A DNA stretch of 64,000 bases from an uncultured Actinomycetota bacterium (GTDB lineage: Bacteria; Actinomycetota; Actinomycetes; Actinomycetales; CAWJMD01). The stretch lies in contig CAWGTL010000018.1 in the NCBI GenBank assembly GCA_963825505.1, positions 66,137 to 130,136 on the forward strand, given 5' to 3'. Position 1 is the stretch's first letter. Every line of letters begins with the position of its first letter. Shown one piece after another: positions 32,323 to 42,486 of this stretch. The translations under genes and the position numbers were made by a program. A model generated the notes under the pieces. It saw only the letters and a list, made by a program, of their open reading frames with translations. It ran no database searches and had not been told where the DNA came from.

Positions 32323-33075
32323 TCAGAGGGTCGAGCCGCCGTCCACGTAGAGCGTCTGGCCGGTGACGAACGAGGCCTCCTCGCCCACCAGGAACCCGAT
32401 CGCGTTCGCGATGTCCTCGGGGTACCCGACCCGGCGCACCGGCGTCTGGGCCGCGGCGGCCTCGCGGTACGCCTCGGGCTCCATGCCCACCCGGCGCGCG
32501 GTGGCGTCGGTCATCGCCGTGACGACGAAGCCGGGGGCCACCGCGTTGACCGTGACGCCGAACGGGCCGAGCTCGATGGCCAGCGTGCGGGTGAAGCCCT
32601 GCAGGCCCATCTTCGCGGCCGAGTAGTTGGCCTGGCCGCGGTTGCCGAGGGCGGAGACCGACGACAGGTTGACGATGCGCCCCCACTTCTGCGGGACGAA
32701 GTGCGCCTGCGCCGCCTTCGAGACCAGGAACGCCCCGCGCAGGTGCACCGCCATCACGGTGTCCCAGTCGTCCTCGGTGAGCTTGAACAGCAGGTTGTCG
32801 CGGGTGACGCCGGCGTTGTTGACGGCGATGTGCAGGCCGCCCAGCTCGGCGACGGTGCGCTCGACCGCAGCCTGCACCGACCCGGCGTCGGTGACGTCGC
32901 AGCCGATCCCGACGGCGGTGCCCGACAGGTCGGCCGCGACCGCCGCGGCGGCGGCCTCGTCGAGGTCGAGCACGGCCACGGCCGCGCCGTCGGACGCCAG
33001 CCGGCGCGCGGTGGCCGCGCCGATGCCCCCGGCACCACCGGTCACCAGCGCGATCTTGCCCGTCAGGTCAGCCAT
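32323..33075 (-). CDS. fabG: 3-oxoacyl-[ACP] reductase (SDR family)
   Basis: TGGAGGIG cofactor motif, NNAGVTRDNLLFKLTEDDWD, and the catalytic S...YSAAK. Confidence 0.8.
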   Translation of the reverse strand: MADLTGKIALVTGGAGGIGAATARRLASDGAAVAVLDLDEAAAAAVAADLSGTAVGIGCDVTDAGSVQAAVERTVAELGGLHIAVNNAGVTRDNLLFKLTEDDWDTVMAVHLRGAFLVSKAAQAHFVPQKWGRIVNLSSVSALGNRGQANYSAAKMGLQGFTRTLAIELGPFGVTVNAVAPGFVVTAMTDATARRVGMEPEAYREAAAAQTPVRRVGYPEDIANAIGFLVGEEASFVTGQTLYVDGGSTL

Positions 33076-33144
33076 CTCGCCGTCTCCGCTCCGTCGTCCG
33101 CCACCAGCGTGTCCGGGCGAACCTACCGGCGGCGAACAGCCGGA

Positions 33145-33822
33145 TCAGCCCGGGACGGGTGTGCGCTCCACCACCACGCCGGCGATCCGTCCGACCTCCG
33201 CCAGCCGGAACGTCTCCGCCCGGTGGAAGGCAGGGCCGTCCTCGCGGACCACGAGCAGCCCGAGCCCCACGTCGCTGCCGATCGGGACCAGGGCCGAGCC
33301 CACGGCGGCACGGCCGTCCGCGAGCTGCACGCGCGGCGAGCCGACCCGCAGCGGCAGACCACCGTCCAGTCCCGGCAGCAGGTCGGGGGCGCGGATGCCG
33401 CCGAGCTCGACGGTGTCGACGACGTCGACCGCGCCCTGCGAGGCCTCGCCGCGGCCGGACAGCACCGCGGCCCAGTCGGCGCCGATCGCCGCGGGCACGC
33501 CGTCGACGAGGGTGTGGAGCGCGCGCGCCGGCTGCTGCACCAGGCGCGCCACCAGCTCGAGCTCGGCGTGCCCGGTGACCGGTGGCGGCGACTGCAGCAC
33601 GCCGTCGACCGCGACGCCCGGCGTGCCCCGGAGCGCGAGCGTCAGCCGGTCGAGGTGGGCGGTGTCGTGGACGCGCACGTGCACGTCGTCGACGGCACGG
33701 CCGTTCTCCGCGCTCAGCACCTCCACCTGGACGACGTCGGCACCTGCCTGGCCGATGGACGACGCGACCTGACCGAGGGCGCCCGGCCGGTCGGGGACGG
33801 TGAGCCTGATCCTGACCAACAT
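33145..33822 (-). CDS. ACT domain-containing protein with a GAF-like C-terminal region
   Basis: N-terminal ACT pattern (MLVRIRLTVPDRPGALGQVASSIGQAGADVVQVEV). 225-aa track ORF. Confidence 0.65.
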   Translation of the reverse strand: MLVRIRLTVPDRPGALGQVASSIGQAGADVVQVEVLSAENGRAVDDVHVRVHDTAHLDRLTLALRGTPGVAVDGVLQSPPPVTGHAELELVARLVQQPARALHTLVDGVPAAIGADWAAVLSGRGEASQGAVDVVDTVELGGIRAPDLLPGLDGGLPLRVGSPRVQLADGRAAVGSALVPIGSDVGLGLLVVREDGPAFHRAETFRLAEVGRIAGVVVERTPVPG

Positions 33823-33949
33823 GCCGTTCAGGATGCGGTACCGGTGTTGCCGGGACGTGTCCGTCGCGCGTCGTGCACGCTACGTCGAGCCGAGGAGGTC
33901 CGGGCGCGGTCGGACAGGAGTAGTTTCCGGGGGAGCGAGGAGGTCACCG

Positions 33950-34759
33950 ATGCCGACACAGGACCCGCGGGTCGTCGAGTTCCACCGGCTGCACGCGTCC
34001 GGGATCTTCGTGATGCCGAACCCGTGGGACGTCGGCAGCGCGAAGGCGCTGGAGCAGCTGGGGTTCCCCGCGCTCGCCACCACCAGCGCCGGGTACGCGT
34101 GGACGGCCGGGACGGCTGACAACGGCGTGCGCCTCGAGGAGATGCTGGCGCACCTGCGGACGCTGAGCGCCGCCGTGCAGGTGCCGGTGAACGCCGACTT
34201 CGAGGACGGCTTCGCCGCTGACCCCGAGCAGGTGTACGACCACGTCCGGCAGGCGGCCGGGACGGGCGTCGCCGGCCTGTCGATCGAGGACTCCACCAGG
34301 GGGGCCGACGAGCCCCTGCACGAGCACGACGTCGCCGTGCAGCGCGTGCGCGCGGCCCGCAGCGCGATCGACGACAGCGGGACGGGCGTGCTGCTCACGG
34401 CTCGGAGCGAGGGCTTCGTGGTGGGCCGTCCGGACATCGACGACACCACGCGGCGGCTGCGGGCGTACGCCGAGGCGGGCGCCGACTGCCTGTACGCGCC
34501 GCGACTCGGCACGGTCGAGCAGATCCGCGCTGTCGTGGAGGCCGCCGGACCGCTGCCGGTGAACCTGCTGGTGAACTCGCCGTTCACCACGGTCGCGGAG
34601 GCGGCGGACCTCGGCGTGCGGCGGATCAGCGTCGGCGGCACCCTGGCCCGGGCGGCGTGGGGCGGGATGCTGCGGGCGGCCACCGAGATCCGCGACCGCG
34701 GCACGTTCTCCGCGTTCACCGACCTGCCGGACGTCGACGCCCGCTTCCGCGACGGCTGA
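33950..34759 (+). CDS. Isocitrate lyase / PEP mutase superfamily enzyme (2-methylisocitrate-lyase-like)
   Basis: ATG 33950 follows gaggagg. Motifs include FVMPNPWDVGSAKALEQLGFPALATTSAG, AGLSIED and ADCLYAP. Confidence 0.8.
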   Translation: MPTQDPRVVEFHRLHASGIFVMPNPWDVGSAKALEQLGFPALATTSAGYAWTAGTADNGVRLEEMLAHLRTLSAAVQVPVNADFEDGFAADPEQVYDHVRQAAGTGVAGLSIEDSTRGADEPLHEHDVAVQRVRAARSAIDDSGTGVLLTARSEGFVVGRPDIDDTTRRLRAYAEAGADCLYAPRLGTVEQIRAVVEAAGPLPVNLLVNSPFTTVAEAADLGVRRISVGGTLARAAWGGMLRAATEIRDRGTFSAFTDLPDVDARFRDG

Positions 34760-34780
34760 ACGGTTCTCGGCGCCGCGTCG

Positions 34781-37024
34781 TCAGCCGGTGACGGCCAGCA
34801 CCAGCGGTAGGACCGGGCCGGAGCCGGCGCGGCGCAGCGCGCGGGCGGCCACCGTGAGGGTCCAGCGCGAGTCGGCGAGGTCGTCGACGAGCAGCACGGG
34901 CGCGCCGTCGAGCTCGGCCAGCCGCTCGCGCAGCTGGCCGCCGACCCCGAGCCGGTCCCAGACGCCGGCGAGCCGGAACGCGCTGTTGCCGCCCGAGCCG
35001 CCCTGCGGGCCGGGCCCCACCGGCTCGACCTCGCCGAGGAACGGCAGCCGGCCGACCTCGCCGATCCGCTCGCCGGTGGAACGCACCAGCCGCGGCCGGG
35101 TGCGCGACGCGATCGTCACGACGCCCGCCGGCCGCTGCGCCCAGTCCCAGTCCTTCAGGACCCGCACGCAGGCGTTCAGCAGGACGTCGCCCAGGGGGTT
35201 GTCCGGGGAGCGGTCGTCGAGCACCTCGCGCAGCACCGGTCCCCAGCCGAGGTCGGTGAGCCGGGCGAGGGCGCGCCCGGGCTCTGCCTGCTCCTCGGGC
35301 GGGATCTTCCCCTTCACCTCGACGCCGAGCCGGTCCATGCCCGTGGGCCACAGCTTGCGCGCCTCGACCAGGACGCCCGGCTGGTGCAGCGCGTCGTCGG
35401 CCCGGCTGCGGGCCTGCTCGGGGACGTCGGTGGGGAACCAGGTGCCGGCGCACAGGTCGCAGCGTCCGCAGGGTGCGGCCGTCGGGTCGTCGAGCGACTC
35501 CTGGAGGAAGGCCATCCGGCAGCCCGGCGCCTCGAGCCGCTGGTAGGCGAGCATCGCCTGCTGCTCGTCCTCGCGCGCCTGCGCGACCCGGGTGTAGCGG
35601 TCGTCGTCGTAGGTCCAGGGCTGCCCGGTGGTCACCCACCCGCTGCCCTCGCGCCGGACCGCGCCGTCGACGGCGAGCACCTTGAGCAGCAGCTCGAGCC
35701 GGCTCTTGCGGACGTCTGCCGCGGTCTCGAGCACCGTGGTGGACAACGGCTTCCCGCTCTGCGCCAGGGCGTCGAGGACGGCCGCGGCGTCCTCCTCGCG
35801 CGGCATCGACGACGTGGCGAACCAGGCCCAGATCGGCCGGTCCTCGGGGCCGGGCAGGAGCAGGACGTCGGCCCGCTCGAGGGCACGCCCGGCGCGTCCG
35901 ACCTGCTGGTAGTAGCTGACGGGGGAGGACGGCGACCCGAGGTGGACGACGAAGCCGAGGTCGGGCTTGTCGAAGCCCATGCCCAACGCGGACGTGGCCA
36001 CGAGGGCCTTGATCTCGTTGCGGCGCAGCGCCTGCTCGGCCTCGCGCCGCTCGGCGTCGTCGGTGCGGCCGGTGTACGCGAGCACGGTGTGGCCCGACGA
36101 GCGCAGCAGCGCGGCGGTCTCGTGGGCGGCGGCGACCGTGAGCGCGTACACGATGCCGCTGCCGGGCAGGGTGTCGAGGTGGGCGTCGAGCCAGGCCAGC
36201 CGCGAGGCGGCGTCGGGCAGGGCGAGCACCCCGAGCCGCAGCGACGTGCGGGCCAGCGGTCCGCGGACGGTGGTGACCGGCACCGGCGCGCCGCCCGGGC
36301 CGGCCGTCAGCTGCGCCTCGACGTCCTCGACCACGCGGGTGTTGGCGGTGGCCGTGGTGGCGAGGACCGGTGTGCCGGAGGGCAGCTCGCCGAGCAGGTC
36401 GCGGATGCGCCGGTAGTCGGGACGGAAGTCGTGACCCCAGTCGGAGATGCAGTGCGCCTCGTCGACCACGAGCATCCCGCAGCCGCCGACGAGGTCGGGG
36501 AGCACCTCGTCGCGGAAGCGGGGGTTGGTCAGGCGCTCGGGGGAGATGAGCAGGACGTCGACCTCACCCGCCCGCACCCGCGCGGTGACCTCGCCCCACT
36601 CGGTGGCGTTGGCCGAGCTGACCTGGTCGGCGCGCACGCCGGCCCGCGCCGCGGCGGCGACCTGGTCGCGCATCAGGGCCAGCAGCGGTGAGACGAGCAG
36701 CGTGGGGCCGGCACCGGCGGCACGCAGCAGCGCCGTGGCGACGAAGTAGACGGCCGACTTGCCCCACCCGGTGCGCTGGACCACCAGCGCCCGCTCGCGC
36801 CTGGCCACCAGGGCCTCCACCGCCTCCCACTGGCCCTCGCGGAACGCGGCGTCGTCGCGACCGGTGAGCGCGCGCAGGACGGCGTCGGCGCGGGTGCGCA
36901 GGTCGTCGGTGGCGGGCGCAGGTGCGGCGGGGGCGTCGGCAGGGGGGAGGCTCACCGTCCCCACGCTAGGGGGTGGTGCCGACACGACCGTCCGGCCGCG
37001 CGACCTGGCGAGGCGGACGCGCAC
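34781..37024 (-). CDS. recQ: RecQ-family ATP-dependent DNA helicase with a C-terminal phosphoribosyltransferase-like (ComF-like) domain
   Basis: Walker A is QRTGWGKSAVY and the DEAH box is VVDEAHCISDWGHDFRPDY. The zinc-binding region includes CRMAFL...CGRCDLC. The C-terminal PRT-like motif is PVLLVDDLADSRWTLT. The start may be GTG 36955/36964 rather than 37024. Confidence 0.85.
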   Translation of the reverse strand: MRVRLARSRGRTVVSAPPPSVGTVSLPPADAPAAPAPATDDLRTRADAVLRALTGRDDAAFREGQWEAVEALVARRERALVVQRTGWGKSAVYFVATALLRAAGAGPTLLVSPLLALMRDQVAAAARAGVRADQVSSANATEWGEVTARVRAGEVDVLLISPERLTNPRFRDEVLPDLVGGCGMLVVDEAHCISDWGHDFRPDYRRIRDLLGELPSGTPVLATTATANTRVVEDVEAQLTAGPGGAPVPVTTVRGPLARTSLRLGVLALPDAASRLAWLDAHLDTLPGSGIVYALTVAAAHETAALLRSSGHTVLAYTGRTDDAERREAEQALRRNEIKALVATSALGMGFDKPDLGFVVHLGSPSSPVSYYQQVGRAGRALERADVLLLPGPEDRPIWAWFATSSMPREEDAAAVLDALAQSGKPLSTTVLETAADVRKSRLELLLKVLAVDGAVRREGSGWVTTGQPWTYDDDRYTRVAQAREDEQQAMLAYQRLEAPGCRMAFLQESLDDPTAAPCGRCDLCAGTWFPTDVPEQARSRADDALHQPGVLVEARKLWPTGMDRLGVEVKGKIPPEEQAEPGRALARLTDLGWGPVLREVLDDRSPDNPLGDVLLNACVRVLKDWDWAQRPAGVVTIASRTRPRLVRSTGERIGEVGRLPFLGEVEPVGPGPQGGSGGNSAFRLAGVWDRLGVGGQLRERLAELDGAPVLLVDDLADSRWTLTVAARALRRAGSGPVLPLVLAVTG

Positions 37025-37126
37025 CCCGCGAGGCCCGCACGCCTCGTGGACGTGGCGACCACCACGTCCACGAGGCCTGCGAGCAGTCCACGAGGTCGGC
37101 GAGCAGGGGGCGAGGGATCCCGCGGG

Positions 37127-38074
37127 TCAGCCCTTGACGCTGCCCGCGAGCAGGCCGCGGACGAAGTAGCGCTGCAGGGACAGGAACACGATGAGCGGCA
37201 CGATCAGCGAGACGAACGCACCGGCGGTGAGCCGCTGCCACTCGTTGCCGCGGGTGCCGGCCAGCTCGGCGAGACGCACCGTGATCGGTGCGACCTCGTC
37301 GGTGCCGCCGGCGAAGGTGAGGCCGATCAGCAGGTCGTTCCACACCCACAGGAACTGGAAGATGACCAGCGAGGCGATGGCCGGGACGAGCAGCGGCAGC
37401 ATGATCCGCCGGAAGATCGTCACGTGCCCCGCGCCGTCGACCCGGGCCGCCTCGATCAGCTCGCCCGGCACCTCGGAGATGAAGTTGTGCAGGAGGAAGA
37501 CCGCGAGCGGCAGGGCGAACGCGGTGTGCGCCAGCCACAGCGACAGGTACGGCACGTACTCCAGGATCGGGTCGAACGTGTCGCTGCTGAAGATGCGCAG
37601 CAGCGGGATGAGCGCCATCTGCAGCGGCACGATCTGCAGCGCGAAGACGAACACGAACAGCCAGTCGCGGCCGGGGAACCGCATCCACGCGAACGCGTAG
37701 GCCGCCAGCGCCGCGAGCGTGACGGGCAGCACCACGCTCGGGATCACGATCATCAACGAGTTGACGAAGAACCCGGCCAGCTGGCCGTTGGAGGAGCTGC
37801 CGAACAGCACCTCCTGGTAGTTGTCCAGGGTCAGCTCGGGGTTGCGGAAGAACGTCCACCAGCCGGTGGTCTTGATCGCGTCCTCGGGCCGGAACGACGA
37901 GACGAACAGGCCGAACGTCGGCAGCGTCCACGCGACCGCGATGAGCACCGCGACGGCCGAGCCGATCCGCGACGTCAGCGACTTCTTCGCCTCCGACGCC
38001 AGCGAGCGCCTCTTGTCCGGCTTGCGCGCGGTATCGCCCGCAGGCGCCGGTGTGATGACGGTGTTGGTGGTCAT
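37127..38074 (-). CDS. Carbohydrate ABC transporter permease (MalG-like)
   Basis: 315-aa ORF with six TM segments and the EAA motif LIEAARVDGAGHVTIFRRI. Its start overlaps the upstream stop (ATGA). Confidence 0.85.
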   Translation of the reverse strand: MTTNTVITPAPAGDTARKPDKRRSLASEAKKSLTSRIGSAVAVLIAVAWTLPTFGLFVSSFRPEDAIKTTGWWTFFRNPELTLDNYQEVLFGSSSNGQLAGFFVNSLMIVIPSVVLPVTLAALAAYAFAWMRFPGRDWLFVFVFALQIVPLQMALIPLLRIFSSDTFDPILEYVPYLSLWLAHTAFALPLAVFLLHNFISEVPGELIEAARVDGAGHVTIFRRIMLPLLVPAIASLVIFQFLWVWNDLLIGLTFAGGTDEVAPITVRLAELAGTRGNEWQRLTAGAFVSLIVPLIVFLSLQRYFVRGLLAGSVKG

Positions 38075-39051
38075 CGCACGCTCCTGGCCTCGTTGAGCTG
38101 GCGGATGTTGTAGATGACGACCGGGATGACGAGCACGAAGATCAGCACCGCGAGGGCGCCGCCGCGCCCGGGCTCGCCGAACCGGAACGACTGGTCGTAC
38201 ATGGCGTTCGCCACGACCGAGGTGTCGAACTGGCCGCCGGTCATGGTGCGGACGATGTCGAACACCTTGAGCACGCCGATGGTGATCGTGGTGAGCACCA
38301 CGACCAGCGTCGGACGGATGGAGGGGACGGTGACGCTGCGGAACATCTGCCAGGCGTTGACGCCGTCGAGGCGCGCGGCCTCGACGATGTCGCCCGGGAT
38401 GGCCTTGATGGCGGCCGACAGCAGCACCATCGCGAAACCGGCCTGGATCCAGATCATCACCAGGATGAGGAACAGCGTGTTGACCGGGGCGTTGTTGAGG
38501 AAGTTGCGCGGCTCGCTGCCGAACCAGATCAGCACCTGGTTGAACAGCCCGATCTGCTCGGCGGTCTCGGGACGCTGGGCGTACACGAACTTCCAGATGA
38601 TGCCGGCGCCGACGAAGCTGATCGAGACCGGCATGAAGAGCAGGCTCTTGGCCACCGACTCGAATCGCGAGCGGTCGATGAGGATGGCGTAGAGCAGGCC
38701 GATGCCGGTGGACAGCAGCGGCGTGAGCACCACCCAGATCAGGGTGTTGCGGATCGTGATGAACGACTGGGGGTCCTGGAAGATCCAGACGTAGTTGGCC
38801 AGCCCGACGAAGGCCTCACCCTGCTTGTCGAGGAGCGACAGCCATCCGGTGCGCAGGGCGGGATAGACCAGGAACACAGCCAGCAGGAGCAGCGCGGGGC
38901 CGGCGAAGACGGCGATCTGCACTCGCTCGCGGATCGACTTGGGGCTGCGTTCGGCGAGCAGCAGGACCGCCGCGATGACCGCGAGGAACGCCGCCAGGAA
39001 GAAGATCATCGTCCCGAACTTCGGGCCGAGGTCAGCCAGGAAATCCTCCAT
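38071..39051 (-). CDS. Carbohydrate ABC transporter permease (MalF-like)
   Basis: ATG 39051 (MEDFLADLG...) lies directly after RBS ggaggtgtg. The EAA motif is IVEAARLDGVNAWQMFRSV. Confidence 0.85.
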   Translation of the reverse strand: MEDFLADLGPKFGTMIFFLAAFLAVIAAVLLLAERSPKSIRERVQIAVFAGPALLLLAVFLVYPALRTGWLSLLDKQGEAFVGLANYVWIFQDPQSFITIRNTLIWVVLTPLLSTGIGLLYAILIDRSRFESVAKSLLFMPVSISFVGAGIIWKFVYAQRPETAEQIGLFNQVLIWFGSEPRNFLNNAPVNTLFLILVMIWIQAGFAMVLLSAAIKAIPGDIVEAARLDGVNAWQMFRSVTVPSIRPTLVVVLTTITIGVLKVFDIVRTMTGGQFDTSVVANAMYDQSFRFGEPGRGGALAVLIFVLVIPVVIYNIRQLNEARSVR

Positions 39052-39131
39052 CACACCTCCAGGTGCGCCGAACGGTGGCCGGGCCACCCCCGCCAGGGAG
39101 GTGACCCGACCACCGGGTCAGTTGCGGACGG

Positions 39132-40493
39132 TCAGGAGGTCGGCCAGGAGGCCTCGACCTGGTCGAGCACGGACTTGGTGTCCGAGCCGTTGATCCAGTC
39201 GGTCATCGCCTTCCACAGCGAGCCCGAACCCACGGCGGCCGGCATCAGGTCCGAACCGTCGAACCGCACGACGGCCTCGGGGTCCTGGAGCACCTCGTAG
39301 GAGAGCTCGTTGATCGGGTTCGACCCGAAGTCCGAGGCCTCCATGTTCTTGTTGGCGCTCAGCCAGTTGCCGAGGGCGGCGCGGGACTGCGCGAACTCCA
39401 CGGTGCTGAGGTAGTTCTGCACCGCCTGCACCTCCTCGCGGTCGGCGAAGGCACCCACGAACTCGCCGGCCACCAGGGTCGGGCGGGTGTCGTCGGCCGA
39501 CGGCAGGTAGAAGGCGAAGATGTCGCCGTCCTCGCCCACCGTCACGTCCTCACCGAGCTGGGCGCCGTAGAAGGACGCCTGCCGGTGCATGAAGCACTGG
39601 CCGTCGAGGATCGGCAGGCCGCCGTCCTGGAACGCGGTGGTGGTGATCGACTGCACGTCGCCCAGGCCACCGTTCACGTAGTCGGGATTCTTGAGGTACT
39701 CCCCGACCGCGTCCGCCGCCTCGACCACCTGCGGGTCGTTGAACGGGATCTCGTGGTTCACCCACTCGTCGTAGACCTCGGGCCCCGCGGTGCGGAGCAT
39801 GAAGTCCTCCATCCAGTCCGTGGCCGGCCAACCCGTGGCGTCACCGGACTCGATGCCCGCGCACCACGGCTTGACGTCACCGGCACCGGCGATCTCGTCG
39901 CTGAGCGCCTTGAGGTCGTCCAGGCTCTCGGGGACCTCGTAGCCGGCGTCGGCGAACATGCTCGGCGAGTACCAGACGAACGACTTCACGTTCGAGCCCA
40001 GCGGCGCGCCGTAGAACTCGCCGTCGACGGTGCCGTAGGCCTTCCAGTCCTCGGTCCAGCCCTCGTCGACGTTCGACTCGGTCTGGTCCGGGGCGGTCTT
40101 CAGGTCGCCGCTGGCGGCGAACCGCTGCAGCAGGCCCGGCTGGGGGAAGAACGCGATGTCGGGCGCGTTGCCGCCCTCGACCCGGACGTTGAGCTGGGCC
40201 TCGAACTCGCCCGAGCCCTCGTAGGAGATCTCGATGCCCGTGCAGTCCGTGAACTCGGTCCACGCCTCCTCGAGCAGGTCGGCCTCGGCGTCGCGGATGG
40301 GGGAGTAGATCGAGACCTCGGCGCCGTCGAAGGTGCCGTAGTCCTCGAACGCGGCGCAGTCGCCGTCCGCGCTGCCGCCGCCGCCACCCCCGCCGCCGGT
40401 GTCGCCACCGGCTCCGCAGGCCGCCAGGGCCAGCACCAGTCCCGTGGCTCCCGCCGCAGCAGTCAGCCGTCGGTGCTGTCGTGTCACACGCAT
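39132..40493 (-). CDS. ABC transporter sugar-binding lipoprotein
   Basis: 453-aa ORF with lipobox LVLALAACG followed by a Gly-rich linker. The sequence is like a family-1 solute-binding protein. Confidence 0.85.
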   Translation of the reverse strand: MRVTRQHRRLTAAAGATGLVLALAACGAGGDTGGGGGGGGSADGDCAAFEDYGTFDGAEVSIYSPIRDAEADLLEEAWTEFTDCTGIEISYEGSGEFEAQLNVRVEGGNAPDIAFFPQPGLLQRFAASGDLKTAPDQTESNVDEGWTEDWKAYGTVDGEFYGAPLGSNVKSFVWYSPSMFADAGYEVPESLDDLKALSDEIAGAGDVKPWCAGIESGDATGWPATDWMEDFMLRTAGPEVYDEWVNHEIPFNDPQVVEAADAVGEYLKNPDYVNGGLGDVQSITTTAFQDGGLPILDGQCFMHRQASFYGAQLGEDVTVGEDGDIFAFYLPSADDTRPTLVAGEFVGAFADREEVQAVQNYLSTVEFAQSRAALGNWLSANKNMEASDFGSNPINELSYEVLQDPEAVVRFDGSDLMPAAVGSGSLWKAMTDWINGSDTKSVLDQVEASWPTS

Positions 40494-40739
40494 GGTGGTC
40501 CTCTCCGTCGAGTCCGCGGCTCACCGGTGCCGCGCTTTGTGATCAAACCGCGCGGTGAGTTGGGCCACAAGGCATTCCGGGCCGTACCCGGGTAACAATC
40601 CCGTCACGTGGTGGACACTTTCGGCCCAGTTGACCGGTACAAACGTTCAACTCGGAAACAACAGGTAGAGCGCTCCCACGCCGGCGTCCGACGACGGGCC
40701 CGACCTGCCTGTCCGCAGCTCGCGGGGCAGGATGGTGCG

Positions 40740-42467
40740 GTGACCTCCCCGACACCGCCCACCGGCCCCGCCGACGTGCCCGCCGGTCCGCCCACGACGC
40801 CGCGCGAGCTCGCCGACCGCTACGTCCACGACGCCTCCGACCTCGACACGATGGTGGCCACCGGCCTCGGCCTGGTGCCCCACGACGACCGGGTCCCGGA
40901 CCTGTCGCCGCAGGGGCAGGAGGCCAAGGACGACCTCGCCCGCCGGGTGCTGGCCGACCTCGACGCGATCGAGGCCACGGCCGGACCGGACGGCCTCGAC
41001 GCCGCCGAGCGCCGCTGCGCGCGGCTCCTGCGCGAGCGGCTGGGTGCCGGGCTGGCGGCCTCGGAGGCGGGCGAGCACCTGCGCACCGTCCGCAACATCT
41101 TCGGACCGCCGCAGGCGGTGCGGCAGCTGTTCACGATGATGCCGATGTCCACCGACGAGGACTGGGGTGCCGTCGGCCGCCGGATGGCCAAGGTGCCGGA
41201 CGCCTACGCCTCGCACGTGCAGAGCCTGGAGCTCGGCCGCACCCAGGGCCTGCTCGCCGCCCCCCGCCAGGTCGAGACCATGGTCGGTCAGCTCGACGAG
41301 TGGGTCGGCGGCGACCGGTCGTGGTTCCACGACCTGGTCTCGCGCGGCCCGGACGACCAGCGCGCCGACCTCGACGCCGCCGCCGACGCCGCGGCGCGCG
41401 GCGTGGTCGAGCTGCGCGAGTACCTCGCCGGCACCTACCTGCCGTCCGCGCAGGGCACCCCGGACGCCGTCGGACGCGACCGGTACGTGCTCGGCGCCCG
41501 CGTGATGGCCGGTACGCGGCTCGACCCGGAGGAGGCCTACGCCTGGGGCTGGCAGGAGTACCTGCGGCTCGACCGGCAGCTGCGCGAGGCGGCCGAGGAG
41601 GTGCTGCCCGGCTCGACCCCGCTCGAGGCGATGCGGCACCTCGACGACCACGGCGACGCGGTCGAGGGCGTCGAGGCGGTGCGCGAGTGGCTGCAGCAGA
41701 TGATGGACACCGCGATCACCGACCTGGACGGCACGCACTTCGACATCGCCGACCCGATCAGGACGGTGGAGGCGATGATCGCCCCGCCCGGATCGGCCGC
41801 GGCGCCGTACTACTCGCGGCCCTCGGTCGACTTCTCCCGGCCGGGCCGCACCTGGCTGCCGACCCTCGGGCGCGAGCGGTTCCCCGTCTGGGACCTGGTG
41901 AGCACCTGGTACCACGAGGGCGTCCCCGGCCACCACCTCCAGCTCGCGCAGTGGGTGCACGTGGCGCCGCAGCTGTCGCTGTACCAGACCTCGCTCGGCT
42001 CCTCGAGCGGTGCGACCGAGGGCTGGGCGCTGTACGCCGAGCGCCTGATGGACGAGCTCGGCTACCTCGACACCCCCGCGCGGATGGGCTACCTCGACGC
42101 CCAGCAGATGCGGGCCGTGCGCGTGGTCATCGACATCGGCATGCACCTCGGGCTGACCATCCCGGACGACTCGCCGGTCGACCCCGGGCAGACCTGGACG
42201 CCCGAGCGCGCCCGGGCGTTCTTCGGGGCCAACTCGGGCCGCTCGTCGGACTTCATCGACAGCGAGATCGTCCGCTACCTGGGCTGGCCCGGCCAGGCGA
42301 TCTCCTACAAGCTCGGCGAGCGGGCCTGGCTCGCCGGCCGCGAGCAGGCCACTGCGGCCCACGCCGCGCGCGGCGAGGAGCTCGACCTCAAGGCCTGGCA
42401 CATGGCGGCCCTGTCGATGGGCGCCCTCGGCCTCGACGACCTCACCGAGGAGCTGGGAGCGCTGTAG
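40740..42467 (+). CDS. DUF885 domain-containing protein (putative metallopeptidase-like)
   Basis: Conserved WYHEGVPGHHLQL motif. The likely start is GTG 40740 inside track ORF 40608..42467. Confidence 0.8.
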   Translation: MTSPTPPTGPADVPAGPPTTPRELADRYVHDASDLDTMVATGLGLVPHDDRVPDLSPQGQEAKDDLARRVLADLDAIEATAGPDGLDAAERRCARLLRERLGAGLAASEAGEHLRTVRNIFGPPQAVRQLFTMMPMSTDEDWGAVGRRMAKVPDAYASHVQSLELGRTQGLLAAPRQVETMVGQLDEWVGGDRSWFHDLVSRGPDDQRADLDAAADAAARGVVELREYLAGTYLPSAQGTPDAVGRDRYVLGARVMAGTRLDPEEAYAWGWQEYLRLDRQLREAAEEVLPGSTPLEAMRHLDDHGDAVEGVEAVREWLQQMMDTAITDLDGTHFDIADPIRTVEAMIAPPGSAAAPYYSRPSVDFSRPGRTWLPTLGRERFPVWDLVSTWYHEGVPGHHLQLAQWVHVAPQLSLYQTSLGSSSGATEGWALYAERLMDELGYLDTPARMGYLDAQQMRAVRVVIDIGMHLGLTIPDDSPVDPGQTWTPERARAFFGANSGRSSDFIDSEIVRYLGWPGQAISYKLGERAWLAGREQATAAHAARGEELDLKAWHMAALSMGALGLDDLTEELGAL

Positions 42468-42486
42468 CCGTTCCGAGCGCGGGTGG

